Position numbers and translations under genes: made by a program. Shown piece after piece: positions 8,301 to 18,660 of a stretch of 64,000 nucleotides of DNA. The DNA comes from Smithella sp. PtaU1.Bin162. GTDB lineage: Bacteria; Desulfobacterota; Syntrophia; Syntrophales; Smithellaceae. Location: the NCBI GenBank assembly GCA_002068015.1, contig MVRV01000077.1:784-64783 (forward strand), read 5' to 3'. Each line of letters starts with the position of its first letter. The first letter of the stretch is position 1. Under the pieces are notes generated by a model. The model was not told where the DNA came from. It was given only the letters and a program-made list of their open reading frames with translations, and ran no database searches.

Positions 8301-10516
8301 TGGGGCAGTTTCCTGATCAATACTTTTCTGGGTTTTGCACCGTCAGATGGTCCGACGATGCCTTCGCGTTCCATCTGCTCAATCATTCGCGCCGCCCTGT
8401 TATAACCGATTTTCATGTAACGCTGCACGAGCGATATGGAGGCCTGACCCAGTTCACCCACCAGTGCCACGGCTTCGTCGTATTTTTCGTCGAAATTTTC
8501 TTCATCGTGCTGGTTTTGTGCTGCTTCCAGCTCGTACTTTTCAATGGAGGCATCATAGGCCGGTTGAGCCTGCCTTTTAATGAAATCGACAATGCGGGAA
8601 ATTTCCGGATCGGAGACGTAAGCACCGTGAATACGCGATAATTTGGAGGTACCCGGAGGAATGAAGAGCATATCACCTGCGCCCAGCAGTTGTTCCGCGC
8701 CCGGCTGGTCGATAATCGTCCGGGAATCAATTTTCGACGAAACCTGGAACGAAATGCGGGTCGGAAAGTTGGCTTTAATGAGACCGGTAATGACGTCGAC
8801 CGAAGGGCGCTGGGTGGCGATGATCAGATGAATGCCGGCCGCCCGGGCCATTTGTGCGAGCCGGGTCAGCGATTCTTCCACGTCGCGCGATGCCACCATC
8901 ATCAGATCGGCGAGTTCATCAATGAGTACCACAATGTAGGGAAGTCGTGAATGATTTATCTGCCGAACGGGTGTTTCCTCATTTACCGGTGGGATATCGT
9001 TTTCATCGATCTGTGTCTGCTCTTTGGGTGCCGCCTTGCTCTTCGGATTTTTCAGGAGCAGTTCGTTATAGGCATCGATGCTTTTTACCCCCAGATCACT
9101 GATGACACGGTAACGCCGCTCCATTTCTTCTACGGTCCAACGCAATACCTGCGAGGCTTTTTTCGGATCAACGACAACCGGATGCATCAGATGCGGAATT
9201 CCTTCATAGGAAGAAAGTTCCAGCCGCTTGGGATCAACCATGAGGAATTTTACGTCGTCGGGACTGGCTTTAAAAAGAATGCTGCAAATCATGGCGTTCA
9301 GAGCCACGCTTTTGCCGGAGCCGGTGGTACCGGCAATGAGCAGATGCGGCATTTTTGTTAAATCGGCAATGACGGGGTTACCGACAAAATCGACACCGAG
9401 CGCAATCGGCAGGCGCAATGAAGAATTGATGAAAGCATCATTATCCAACACATCCTTGAGAAAAACCGATTCTCTTTTCAGGTTGGGTATTTCAATGCCT
9501 ATTACCGATTTGCCGGGAATAGGCGCGATAATGCGAATGCTTGAGGCCATGAGCGCGAGCGCCAGATCATCGGCGAGGTTGGTTATCCTGTTTATTTTTA
9601 CACCGGGCGCCGGCTCCAGTTCATACATGGTAATTACCGGTCCGGGCATTACTTCCACTACCCGTCCTTCTACACCGAAATCGGATAATTTTTTTTCCAG
9701 AATACGGGAATTGGTAATTAAATAATCTCTTTTGACACGCGTATCCTTGTGCTGGGCTTCTTCAAGCAGAGTAAAGGGAGGCAACTGGAATTGACCGTCG
9801 GCCTTGGTAAACTCAAAGTGCGTCTGTTCAATCTTTTTGGCTTTTACTTTTTTTGGTGCGGGCGTATCTTCTTCAATTACCGGTTGAGGTTTACTTTCTA
9901 TTTTTATGCTGCGTGCCGCCTTGGAAGTAATTGCGGAGATTGTGTTTTTGATTGCCGGAGGGGCAGCCCGGCAAAGGAGCGAGAACTTTTCGGCAATTGT
10001 AACCAGGGAAAATTCGACCAGAAAAAGCAGTGAAATGATTAAAATCAGGATTAAAAGAATATATGTTCCGGCCAGATTAAAATAATTGAGTAACAACTGA
10101 ACCACGGCCCCCCCGATTAATCCGCCGACTTTTAATGGTTCTCCGTAAAAGGTGACTGTTTTTATCATAGCGGCCATCAGCCCGGCAAAGGAAACGGCGA
10201 AGAAGATAATGCCGAAGAACTTGCTTTTGTTGAATACAAATTCAATTCTCAGGAAATATTGAAAGGCGCAGAACAAAAAGATTAAAGGTAGCAGAAATGA
10301 ACTTATTCCCAAAAGACGTATAAGGGAATCTGCACTGTAGGAACCCACGGTACCGGTAAAATTATTTACGGTTTTCCCCTCGGCAACAAAATGTGTAAAT
10401 GAAGGGTCCTGCGGATGATAGGAGAGCAGACTTAAGAGCAAAAAAACAGCCGCAGCCAGGCATACCACGCCTTTGATTTCCCGTATCCGCTTGTTGTCAG
10501 TTTGTTTTTCTTCCAT
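8297..10516 (-). CDS. ftsK: DNA translocase FtsK
   Basis: N-terminal TM segments, PHLLIAGTTGSGKS, IDELADLMM, ATQRPSVDVITG and gamma domain IGYNRAAR. Confidence 0.97.
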   Translation of the reverse strand: MEEKQTDNKRIREIKGVVCLAAAVFLLLSLLSYHPQDPSFTHFVAEGKTVNNFTGTVGSYSADSLIRLLGISSFLLPLIFLFCAFQYFLRIEFVFNKSKFFGIIFFAVSFAGLMAAMIKTVTFYGEPLKVGGLIGGAVVQLLLNYFNLAGTYILLILILIISLLFLVEFSLVTIAEKFSLLCRAAPPAIKNTISAITSKAARSIKIESKPQPVIEEDTPAPKKVKAKKIEQTHFEFTKADGQFQLPPFTLLEEAQHKDTRVKRDYLITNSRILEKKLSDFGVEGRVVEVMPGPVITMYELEPAPGVKINRITNLADDLALALMASSIRIIAPIPGKSVIGIEIPNLKRESVFLKDVLDNDAFINSSLRLPIALGVDFVGNPVIADLTKMPHLLIAGTTGSGKSVALNAMICSILFKASPDDVKFLMVDPKRLELSSYEGIPHLMHPVVVDPKKASQVLRWTVEEMERRYRVISDLGVKSIDAYNELLLKNPKSKAAPKEQTQIDENDIPPVNEETPVRQINHSRLPYIVVLIDELADLMMVASRDVEESLTRLAQMARAAGIHLIIATQRPSVDVITGLIKANFPTRISFQVSSKIDSRTIIDQPGAEQLLGAGDMLFIPPGTSKLSRIHGAYVSDPEISRIVDFIKRQAQPAYDASIEKYELEAAQNQHDEENFDEKYDEAVALVGELGQASISLVQRYMKIGYNRAARMIEQMEREGIVGPSDGAKPRKVLIRKLPH

Positions 10517-10699
10517 CGGCTATTGTATAAAAAGTTTTATCTTTCGTGATTATTTCAGAAAAAGCGGACTTTGACAAGCAAAGTGAAAAATCTCAATGTC
10601 CGGCGGTAATAAATTAAACAATTAAATTTATGGCCGCAGCTATCTGTGTAAAAAACCGGTCAATCTTCAAAAGGTTAAAAAGCCGCCTGTCGGAAGTAT

Positions 10700-11452
10700 T
10701 CAGGAGGCTTCTTTTTCCATATCCTTAATGTTTTTGGTGCCGGCTTCTCTCCAGTGATCATAATTATTAATGATGACGTTTCTGACTCTATCGATCAGTT
10801 CATGGCGGTTTTCAACGGTATATTCCTTCACTTCAATAGGCTTGTCAATGATCAATTTTACTCTTCCCGGAGTAACCTTGAGCGATCTTTTGGGCATTAT
10901 CCGACCGCTGCCCACTATTGATACGGGGACGATGGGAACGCCTGCTTTGATGGCCAGATGGAATGTGCCCTGCTTAAAAGACTTGATTTCCCCGTCACGG
11001 CTTCTTGTGCCTTCCGGAAAGGTCATAACGGATTTGCCTTCCCGGATACGCAGAGCTGCTTCATCCAGACTTTGCAGCGCTTTGGCGTGATTCTGTCTGT
11101 CAATCTCAATATATCCGGCATTTTTCATGGCCTGGCCGAAAATCGGAATCTGGAAAAGTTCCTTTTTGGCAATCCAGCGGAATTGACCGGGTATATGGCC
11201 GAGAACAATCAAAATATCAAAATCACTTTGGTGATTGGCCATAAAAACCTGCGGCTTACCCTTAAGAATATTTTCTTTGCCGATTATTTCCACCTTTGTG
11301 TTGGATATTAAAAGCAATATTTTGGCCCAGAGATTGGCAATCTTATGAATTCTGTTTTCGGAATTGGGAATGACGGAGAATATTACACACCAGAGGGAAA
11401 TAAAACCGGTAATGGCAATTCCTAATGTAACAAGCAGTGCGGAACGAAGCAT
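10700..11452 (-). CDS. plsC: 1-acyl-sn-glycerol-3-phosphate acyltransferase
   Basis: NHQSDFD and FPEGTRS motifs. Confidence 0.92.
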   Translation of the reverse strand: MLRSALLVTLGIAITGFISLWCVIFSVIPNSENRIHKIANLWAKILLLISNTKVEIIGKENILKGKPQVFMANHQSDFDILIVLGHIPGQFRWIAKKELFQIPIFGQAMKNAGYIEIDRQNHAKALQSLDEAALRIREGKSVMTFPEGTRSRDGEIKSFKQGTFHLAIKAGVPIVPVSIVGSGRIMPKRSLKVTPGRVKLIIDKPIEVKEYTVENRHELIDRVRNVIINNYDHWREAGTKNIKDMEKEAS

Positions 11453-11700
11453 AGCAGTGACTTTTCCTTGTGCTTTAAATTTATTAGTAATTTTTACTTG
11501 ATAACGATGATGAAGTCAATGATGAATATTTTCAGCATAGAACGCAAAAACAACTCCAGATCAGATAAAAACATAGAAAATATTTGACAAATATCGGTCT
11601 TGGTAATATTAGGAGCGGTATTAACTTTCTGATGGTTTAAGCGCTGAGGGCGCTTTTTTCATTTTTAGAATTCAATCAATAAGTTGCCGGTTATAGGAAA

Positions 11701-12693
11701 ATGCACAATATTTTAACAAAAAAAAGAGCGTTGGGAATAATCAATAATTTTTCCGGTGCAGGTGTTCTTGTCATCGGAGATATTATGGTTGACCATTTCA
11801 TCTGGGGAAAGGTATCCCGCATTTCGCCCGAAGCACCTGTGCCTGTTGTGGATGTGCAAAAAGACAGCATTCTACTCGGTGGCTGTGCCAATGTGCTCAA
11901 CAGCATCTATTCCATGGGTGGTAAGGTTTATGTGGCCGGTGTTATCGGTGCCGATAATATGGGAAAATTGCTGCTGGAAGAGTTGCGGGAGCGAAAAATC
12001 GAAACAGCCGGCATCGTGGTGGAAAAAGCGCGGCCGACAACTCTGAAAACGAGGATAGTTGCTCACGGCCAGCAAATGGTGCGCTTCGATAAAGAAAGCA
12101 GAAAACCGATTCCGAAGGAGAGTACAAAGAAAATATTGCAATATGTTAAATCCCTGCATAAAAAAATCGGTGCCGTTATTATTTCCGATTACAGCAAGGG
12201 AGTTATTTCCAGGGAACTGATTGCGGAAATCAGAGAAATTTTGAAAGATTCGAAAATTTATATCTGTCTTGATCCCAAACAAAATGATTTTTCCATGTAT
12301 GAAGGAGCTTATGTCATTACTCCCAACCATCATGAAGCGCAGCGGGCCGCCGGGATGGAAATAACCAATGGAAATGATCTGCAGCAAGTAGGGGAAATTC
12401 TTTTAAAAAAACATAATTTTCATGCCGTGTTGATTACGCGAGGTGAAGAAGGCATGAGTCTTTTTGAAAGAAGAAATTCAAAAATCATTCGTTCTGATTT
12501 TCCGGCTCAGGCCAAAGAAATTTATGATGTTACCGGAGCCGGAGATACGGTAATCGGCGTACTCGCCTTGAGTCTCGCGGCTCAGGCTGACCTCAAAGAA
12601 GCAACTTGTCTGGCTAATCAGGCGGCGGGTATTGTAGTTGGAAAGGTTGGAACGGCAACAGTCTCACAGGAAGAATTAATGCAGACTTTATGA
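11701..12693 (+). CDS. rfaE1: D-glycero-beta-D-manno-heptose-7-phosphate kinase (HldA/RfaE1)
   Basis: RISPEAPVPVV, SDYSKG, DVTGAGDT and AGIVVGKVGTA motifs; no adenylyltransferase domain. Confidence 0.92.
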   Translation: MHNILTKKRALGIINNFSGAGVLVIGDIMVDHFIWGKVSRISPEAPVPVVDVQKDSILLGGCANVLNSIYSMGGKVYVAGVIGADNMGKLLLEELRERKIETAGIVVEKARPTTLKTRIVAHGQQMVRFDKESRKPIPKESTKKILQYVKSLHKKIGAVIISDYSKGVISRELIAEIREILKDSKIYICLDPKQNDFSMYEGAYVITPNHHEAQRAAGMEITNGNDLQQVGEILLKKHNFHAVLITRGEEGMSLFERRNSKIIRSDFPAQAKEIYDVTGAGDTVIGVLALSLAAQADLKEATCLANQAAGIVVGKVGTATVSQEELMQTL

Positions 12694-13220
12694 GCAGACC
12701 GCATCCGGCAGAACCGGTAAAACTAGTATTCAGTATTTTTGCTTCGACGGGCGAAAAAATAAATGCAACAATCTCGATTTTAGCCGACCGGTATGGAAAT
12801 CCTGATTATGTAAGCGATGAAGTGGCTTTTGATTATACTGATTATTACTCACCGGAAATGGGTGAAAATCTCGTCCGGCGTTTTTTATCGATGGAGAAGC
12901 TGATAAATCCTGAGATGTTGCCGGATGTTAAACTTGTCACCAATGATATAGAAGATAAATTTGCTTCCGGGAAGAAGCGTTCGGTAAATATCGATCCCGG
13001 TTATTTATCCAAGGCTCATTTAATTTTGGCCACCGGAAAAGGTTATTCCCACCGGCCGTATTTGCGGGACGGCATTTTTGCCGATTTGACACTGATTTAT
13101 CAGAATAAGAAGTTTTGTACTTTACCCTGGACTTATCCCGATTATGCTGATGAAAAACAGCTTTTAATGTTTGATAAAATAAGGGCAAGGTATTTATTGC
13201 AGTTGAAAGAAATGGATTAG
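12690..13220 (+). CDS. DUF4416 family protein
   Basis: FDYTDYYSPEMG, VNIDPGYL, LATGKGYSHRPYL and PWTYPDY motifs. Confidence 0.85.
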   Translation: MSRPHPAEPVKLVFSIFASTGEKINATISILADRYGNPDYVSDEVAFDYTDYYSPEMGENLVRRFLSMEKLINPEMLPDVKLVTNDIEDKFASGKKRSVNIDPGYLSKAHLILATGKGYSHRPYLRDGIFADLTLIYQNKKFCTLPWTYPDYADEKQLLMFDKIRARYLLQLKEMD

Positions 13221-13268
13221 ACGGGATAGGTGCAATGGATGTTTCTCGAATAGACAGGCAGGTATAAA

Positions 13269-14147
13269 ATGATCAAAAGCATGACAGGTTTTGGGCGGGT
13301 AGAGACAGCCGGACAGGGCAGAAAAATAGTTGTCGAAGCCAAGTCCGTGAACCACCGTTTTCTGGAAATTTCATTGAGAATGCCCCCGTCTCTTTTTTCC
13401 ATGGAACTGGAATTAAAAAAGAAAATTAGTGAGAAAATAAAAAGGGGCAGAATAGAAATTTTTATCCGGATGGAGGCTGATAATACCGGTACTCCGGAAA
13501 TGCTTCTGAATATGGAAGCGGCCCGGAACTATTTTGCGGTTCTCCGGCGATTAAAAGATGAATTCGGGTTCACCGATGAAATCAGTCTGAAAACGCTCGT
13601 AGGTTTTCGGGATATTTTTTCTCAGCCTGCCGAAGTGGAAGTGAGTCCTGAAATCATCAAGCAGATTGAAAAAGCTCTGGAAGAAGCTTTGAATATGCTT
13701 GTTCATATGCGGCAGGAAGAAGGAATTGCCATTTATAAAGATATGGAGCAAAGGCTCGACGTCATCAGAACTATTCTGGAGAAGGTAAAGGTACGGGCTC
13801 CGCAGGTTGTTCTTGAATATCAAAAGCGTCTGGCGGAAAGAATAAAAGAACTTACAGCCGGATGTATGATTGATGATGCGCGGTTGGCTCAGGAAACGGC
13901 CATTATGGCTGAAAAGAGCGACATAACCGAAGAAATAGTGCGCATGCACAGTCATATCAGTCAGTTTGTTGAATTGCTGCAAAGCAAGGAAGCCGAAGGT
14001 AAAAAAATTGATTTTCTTTTGCAGGAAATGAACCGGGAAATTAACACAACGGGATCAAAAAACAGCGATGCGGAAATTGCCCGTCTTGTGATTGAAGCCA
14101 AAAGTGAGTTGAGCAAACTGCGCGAGCAGGCGCAAAACATAGAGTAA
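13269..14147 (+). CDS. yicC: YicC/YloC family endoribonuclease
   Basis: MIKSMTGFGR, SVNHRFL and DFLLQEMNREINTTGSK motifs. Confidence 0.93.
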   Translation: MIKSMTGFGRVETAGQGRKIVVEAKSVNHRFLEISLRMPPSLFSMELELKKKISEKIKRGRIEIFIRMEADNTGTPEMLLNMEAARNYFAVLRRLKDEFGFTDEISLKTLVGFRDIFSQPAEVEVSPEIIKQIEKALEEALNMLVHMRQEEGIAIYKDMEQRLDVIRTILEKVKVRAPQVVLEYQKRLAERIKELTAGCMIDDARLAQETAIMAEKSDITEEIVRMHSHISQFVELLQSKEAEGKKIDFLLQEMNREINTTGSKNSDAEIARLVIEAKSELSKLREQAQNIE

Positions 14148-14149
14148 TT

Positions 14150-14758
14150 ATGGATAAAGGGATATTTATCGTTGTTTCAGCGCCGTCCGGAACCGGCAAA
14201 AGCAGCATTTGCCAGCGTCTTTTGCAGGTCTGTCCGGAGATTAAATTTTCGATTTCTTATACTACCCGGGTACCGCGTCCCGGGGAAGTCGACGGGAAAG
14301 ATTACTTTTTTATTTCCCGTGAAGAATTTCAGGAGCGTATTGAACGAGGCGAATTTGCGGAATGGACTGAGAATTACGGCAACTTGTATGGCACATCCAT
14401 AAAGGCGATGAAGGATCTTTTAGCAAAAGGAGAAGCCGTTTTACTGGACATTGAACCGCGCGGTGCAAAAAAAATAAAACAGCAATTCCGCCGGGGTATA
14501 TTTGTTTTTGTTCTTCCGCCGTCGCGGGCGGAACTGCTCAAACGGTTGGAGGAACGCGGCCATGAAACACCTGCTGTTATTCGGGCAAGATATGCCCAGG
14601 CGGAAAGTGAATTGAAAGAAATTTCGTGGTATGATTATGTGATTTTTAATGATAATCTGGAAACAGCCGCCAAACAATTGATCTCGATTTATATTGCTCA
14701 AAGATGTAAAAGAAACCATTTACAGGCTAAAATTAAGCAATTTATGAATAAAAAATAA
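14150..14758 (+). CDS. gmk: Guanylate kinase
   Basis: SAPSGTGKS, SYTTRVPRPGEVDGKDYFF and YGTS motifs. Confidence 0.96.
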   Translation: MDKGIFIVVSAPSGTGKSSICQRLLQVCPEIKFSISYTTRVPRPGEVDGKDYFFISREEFQERIERGEFAEWTENYGNLYGTSIKAMKDLLAKGEAVLLDIEPRGAKKIKQQFRRGIFVFVLPPSRAELLKRLEERGHETPAVIRARYAQAESELKEISWYDYVIFNDNLETAAKQLISIYIAQRCKRNHLQAKIKQFMNKK

Positions 14759-14787
14759 AAAGCACTTGCAGGGAGGTTTTTCAAGAT

Positions 14788-15057
14788 ATGGCTAGAATTA
14801 CTGTAGAAGATTCCTTAATGGTTGCCAAAACAAGATTCGGTCTTGTATCTCTGGCATCAAAAAGAGCCCGCCTTTTATTGAAGGGAGCAAAACCACTGAT
14901 GGAAAGTAAAAACAGGGAAATCGTGCTGGCACTGCGTGAAATTGCCGCCGGTAAGGTTACCTATGCCCATCCGGAATATCTGGAAGGGACGCAGGAAGAT
15001 TTCAAACCAATACCTGATAATACGGAGTTTATCGGCGATGAAGAATATCTCGAATAG
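14788..15057 (+). CDS. rpoZ: RNA polymerase omega subunit
   Basis: MARITVED, RFGLV..ASKRAR and ALREIAAG motifs; follows gmk. Confidence 0.95.
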   Translation: MARITVEDSLMVAKTRFGLVSLASKRARLLLKGAKPLMESKNREIVLALREIAAGKVTYAHPEYLEGTQEDFKPIPDNTEFIGDEEYLE

Positions 15058-15787
15058 TGAGGCTGCCGATAAATTAATCTTTGCGCTTGATGCCGCGGGC
15101 TACGACGAAGCCGTGTCCTGGATTGACATTCTTTCCGGCCATGTGGGCATGTTTAAAGTAGGCTTTGAATTATTTACGGCTGCCGGTCCGAAAATAATCG
15201 ATTATATCAAGCAGAAGAATCAGCGGGTCTTCCTGGATCTTAAGTTTCATGATATTCCCAATACGGTTGCCCGCGCTGCCGAAGCTGCCGCTAAAATGGG
15301 TGTCGACATGTTTAACGTGCATGCGTCGGGCGGCAGCAAAATGATTCGGGATACAGTGAAGGCTGTCGAAACGCTGACTGAAAAAGACGGCCTGGTTAAA
15401 CCGGTGATTCTCGCGGTTACCGTATTGACCAGTTTGAATGACGTCGACCTGCAGGAAATCGGATTTGCAAAAAATACCAATGACCAGGTTCTGCATCTGG
15501 CATCTCTCGCCAATGCAGCCGGTGCATCCGGGGTCGTTGCTTCGGCACAGGATATTGTAAAATTGCGCTCCGGTTTGGGTAATGATTTTATCATTGTGAC
15601 GCCGGGAATTCGCAGCTCTCGGGAACCTGTAAAAGATGATCAGAAAAGAACATTGAGCGCCACGGAAGCAGTGAAACTCGGTGCGGATTATATAGTTGTA
15701 GGCAGACCGATTCGCCAGGCAACCGATCCGCTGGCCGCCTGTGAACAAATTGTTAAAGAAATTTCCGAAGGAATGACTACTGGGTAA
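15038..15787 (+). CDS. pyrF: Orotidine-5'-phosphate decarboxylase
   Basis: FLDLKFHDIPNTV, VTVLTS, TPGIR and VVGRPI motifs; start placed at ATG 15038. Confidence 0.95.
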   Translation: MKNISNSEAADKLIFALDAAGYDEAVSWIDILSGHVGMFKVGFELFTAAGPKIIDYIKQKNQRVFLDLKFHDIPNTVARAAEAAAKMGVDMFNVHASGGSKMIRDTVKAVETLTEKDGLVKPVILAVTVLTSLNDVDLQEIGFAKNTNDQVLHLASLANAAGASGVVASAQDIVKLRSGLGNDFIIVTPGIRSSREPVKDDQKRTLSATEAVKLGADYIVVGRPIRQATDPLAACEQIVKEISEGMTTG

Positions 15788-15857
15788 TAATTACTGAAGT
15801 AGCAAAAATATATTTTTATAAGTAAATATTTTAATATCCTTGATTAGATAAAAAGAA

Positions 15858-16202
15858 ATGAAAAAAATTATATTACTTTTGTTTACTATAGGTGCTGCAA
15901 TATTTGTTATTGCCGATAGCGGTTGGGCATTTCGTTGTGGTAATGACTTGGTTACGACAGGTTACAATAAAGTTCAAGTATTATCCATCTGCGGTGAGCC
16001 AACTAATAAAGAACAGTCCTGCCTGGAACATCATCGTGAAACGGGAGTTTGTATTAATAAGGGAGAAATATGGCATTATAACTGTGGCGACGGCGATTTC
16101 TTTTACGCCCTTACCTTTGGTGAGAATGGTATATTAATAAAAGAAAACACTGAAGGACGCGGTATGGGATTGTCGCAATGCCGTGGAAAATTATCAAAAT
16201 AG
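15858..16202 (+). CDS. DUF2845-like secreted protein
   Basis: Signal peptide followed by AFRCGNDLV..G....VL..CGEP and W.YNCG. Confidence 0.75.
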   Translation: MKKIILLLFTIGAAIFVIADSGWAFRCGNDLVTTGYNKVQVLSICGEPTNKEQSCLEHHRETGVCINKGEIWHYNCGDGDFFYALTFGENGILIKENTEGRGMGLSQCRGKLSK

Positions 16203-16259
16203 TAATAACAACTGTAAATATTTCACGTATCTTTTGTTAATGGAGAGTGAGAACAGGGA

Positions 16260-17018
16260 ATGGAAGTAATTTACGGCATAAACCCGATAAAAGTTCTCCT
16301 CCGGCAGCAGCAGACGGGATTGGAAAAAATAATTATAGCTTCGAACAGAGGAGGATCTTTCCTGAAGGATCTGGTTGAGGCTGCCCGGCAAAAAAATATT
16401 CCGGTGGAATTTCATCCCCGCCAGTATCTGGATGAACTGGTCGGCGGTAACGAACACCAGGGTATTGCCGGTTTACGGCCGACATTTACGTATTCCAGCC
16501 TGGATGATTTACTGATAAATCGCAGTGCATCATCCGATTTTGATTTGGTCTTAATTCTCGACAGCATCATGGATCCCCAGAATCTGGGGGCAATCATCAG
16601 AACATCATATTGTCTGGGCGCAAACGGGGTGATTATACCGGTTGATCGTGCTGCGCCGGTTACTGCGGCGGTAATCAAGGCTTCTGCCGGCAGTGCCGAA
16701 CAATTGCCTGTGGTCAGAGTGACTAATCTTGCGCAAACCATTGATTATTTAAAAGAAAAAAAGTTCTGGATTTTTGGTGCTTCTGCGCATGAAGGCGGTA
16801 ATTTAAAGGAAATGGATTTTAATTGTAATGTGGCTTTAGTTTTGGGTGGAGAAGCAAAAGGAATCCGTTCCTTGATTAAGAAGAAATGCGATTTTCTATT
16901 ATCCATTCCACTTGGGCGAAATTTCGATTCCCTGAATGTGTCTGTAGCTGCGGGTATTATCAGCTATGAGATATTCAGCCAGCGCGTTCGGATAAAAGAA
17001 GGGACAAAAGAAAGTTAA
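16260..17018 (+). CDS. rlmB: 23S rRNA (G2251-2'-O)-methyltransferase RlmB
   Basis: HQGI, DPQNLGAIIR, KASAG and DSLNVSVA SPOUT motifs. Confidence 0.93.
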   Translation: MEVIYGINPIKVLLRQQQTGLEKIIIASNRGGSFLKDLVEAARQKNIPVEFHPRQYLDELVGGNEHQGIAGLRPTFTYSSLDDLLINRSASSDFDLVLILDSIMDPQNLGAIIRTSYCLGANGVIIPVDRAAPVTAAVIKASAGSAEQLPVVRVTNLAQTIDYLKEKKFWIFGASAHEGGNLKEMDFNCNVALVLGGEAKGIRSLIKKKCDFLLSIPLGRNFDSLNVSVAAGIISYEIFSQRVRIKEGTKES

Positions 17019-17178
17019 AACCGGTGTGTGAAGAATTTTTACTTTGTGTGAAGTAAATTAGCGGATTACCGGATAAAACGGGTTTTTGTTTTTTGTATTT
17101 AACTGGTTGAATTAACATGGAATATAGGTTATGATAATTCTGACTGATATCATCCCGATATAGAAAGGATAATTAGAT

Positions 17179-18387
17179 ATGCCGGTTTTTATTTGGGAAG
17201 GCACGACCAGAAAAAACGAAGTTAAAAAGGGAGAAATAGAAGGCGTCGATGAACTGGCAGTTCGCGGGCTGTTGCGCAGACAGGGATTTAAATCGGTTGA
17301 AGTCAAAAAGAAGCCTAAAGACCTTTCTGAATATTTACCTTTCTTAAAGGCAGGAGTTAAAGAAAAAGAGATCGTTGTTTTTTGCCGTATTTTTTCCACA
17401 ATGATTAATGCCGGTTTACCGCTTATCCAATGTCTGGATTTATTAGCTCAACAGGAACAGAACAAAACTTTCAAGGAGATCATAAAAAAAGTCAAGGAGG
17501 ATGTAGAAGGCGGTGCCAGTCTAACGGATGCGCTCAGGAAATATCCGAATATTTTTGATGAACTTTTTGTCAATCTGGTTGCTGCCGGTGAAGCAGGCGG
17601 TATTCTGGATGTTATATTGGGAAGGCTTTCCGCGTATATGGAGAAGGCAATGAAGTTGAAAAGTAAAGTCAAGGGAGCAATGACCTATCCGGCTGCCGTT
17701 CTTGTTATTTCCGTTGGTGTTGTTACCCTGTTACTTCTCAAGGTTATCCCCGTGTTTAAAAAAATGTTCGAGGGGATGGGGGGTGAATTGCCCGGACCGA
17801 CGCAGTTTTTGGTTAATGCCAGTGAAATGGCACAGAGTTACTGGTGGATTGCCGGCGGTATTTTAGTTGTACTATATATAATTTTTGACAGATTCCGTAA
17901 AACGGAAAAGGGACGCTGGACATTGGATACCCTGATCCTTAAATCACCTGTCTTCGGGCCGCTTTTGAAAAAAGTTGCTGTTGCCAAATTTTCCCGGACG
18001 CTATCCACTATGATGAGTTCCGGTGTTCCGATTATGGAAGGTTTGAATATTGTCAGCAAAACTTCCGGCAACGTTGTGATTGAAGCCGCGTTAATAAAAA
18101 CCCGCCAGAGTATCAGTGAAGGACGGACAATTGCCGAGCCGCTTACGGAGACCGGTATTTTTCCACCAATGGTTGTGCAAATGATTGCGGTTGGTGAGGC
18201 GACAGGAGCTCTGGATACAATGCTCAGCAAGATTGCTGATTTTTATGATGACGAAGTTGATGCGGCAGTGGAGGCAATGACATCGCTTTTGGAACCGGTG
18301 ATGATGGTTTTCCTGGGGGGTATTGTCGGTGGTATGATTATCGCTATGTATCTGCCGATCTTTAAAATGGCCTCTGTTGTTGGCTGA
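17179..18387 (+). CDS. pilC: Type IV pilus inner-membrane platform protein PilC (T2SS F family)
   Basis: STMINAGLPL, AGEAGGILD, VGEATGALD and AMYLPIF motifs. Confidence 0.93.
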   Translation: MPVFIWEGTTRKNEVKKGEIEGVDELAVRGLLRRQGFKSVEVKKKPKDLSEYLPFLKAGVKEKEIVVFCRIFSTMINAGLPLIQCLDLLAQQEQNKTFKEIIKKVKEDVEGGASLTDALRKYPNIFDELFVNLVAAGEAGGILDVILGRLSAYMEKAMKLKSKVKGAMTYPAAVLVISVGVVTLLLLKVIPVFKKMFEGMGGELPGPTQFLVNASEMAQSYWWIAGGILVVLYIIFDRFRKTEKGRWTLDTLILKSPVFGPLLKKVAVAKFSRTLSTMMSSGVPIMEGLNIVSKTSGNVVIEAALIKTRQSISEGRTIAEPLTETGIFPPMVVQMIAVGEATGALDTMLSKIADFYDDEVDAAVEAMTSLLEPVMMVFLGGIVGGMIIAMYLPIFKMASVVG

Positions 18388-18401
18388 TTCGGGAATAAAA
18401 A

Positions 18402-18478
18402 TGGTCGGGATGGCGCGATTTGAACGCGCGACCCCTGCGTCCCGAACGCAGTGCCCTACCAAACTGGGCCACATCCCG
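18402..18478 (-). tRNA. tRNA-Pro(CGG)
   Basis: Reverse complement reads CGGGATGTGGCCCAGTTTGGTAGGGCACTGCGTT-CGG-GACGCAG...GTTCAAAT...ATCCCGACCA. Confidence 0.95.
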
Positions 18479-18660
18479 ACGTGGCACGGACGATATAAAA
18501 TTTATTTCTAAATGTCCACTTTTTTTTATTCGATTTATAAAATATCACTAACAATGTGATTTGTCAGTGCACGCAGTTGCTATTTTTCTTCGAAATTTAT
18601 GTCATTAATTGTTTTTTGCACTACGGCATGCTAAAATAAAAACTCATTTTTAATGAACAG

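Noticed and set aside
14936-15037. Long N-terminal extension of PyrF
   Set aside because: It lies entirely within rpoZ in another frame and has no PyrF-like content.
18402-18478. tRNA-Pro as an integration site for an island
   Set aside because: No duplicated tRNA 3' end or integrase seen; flanking genes look native.
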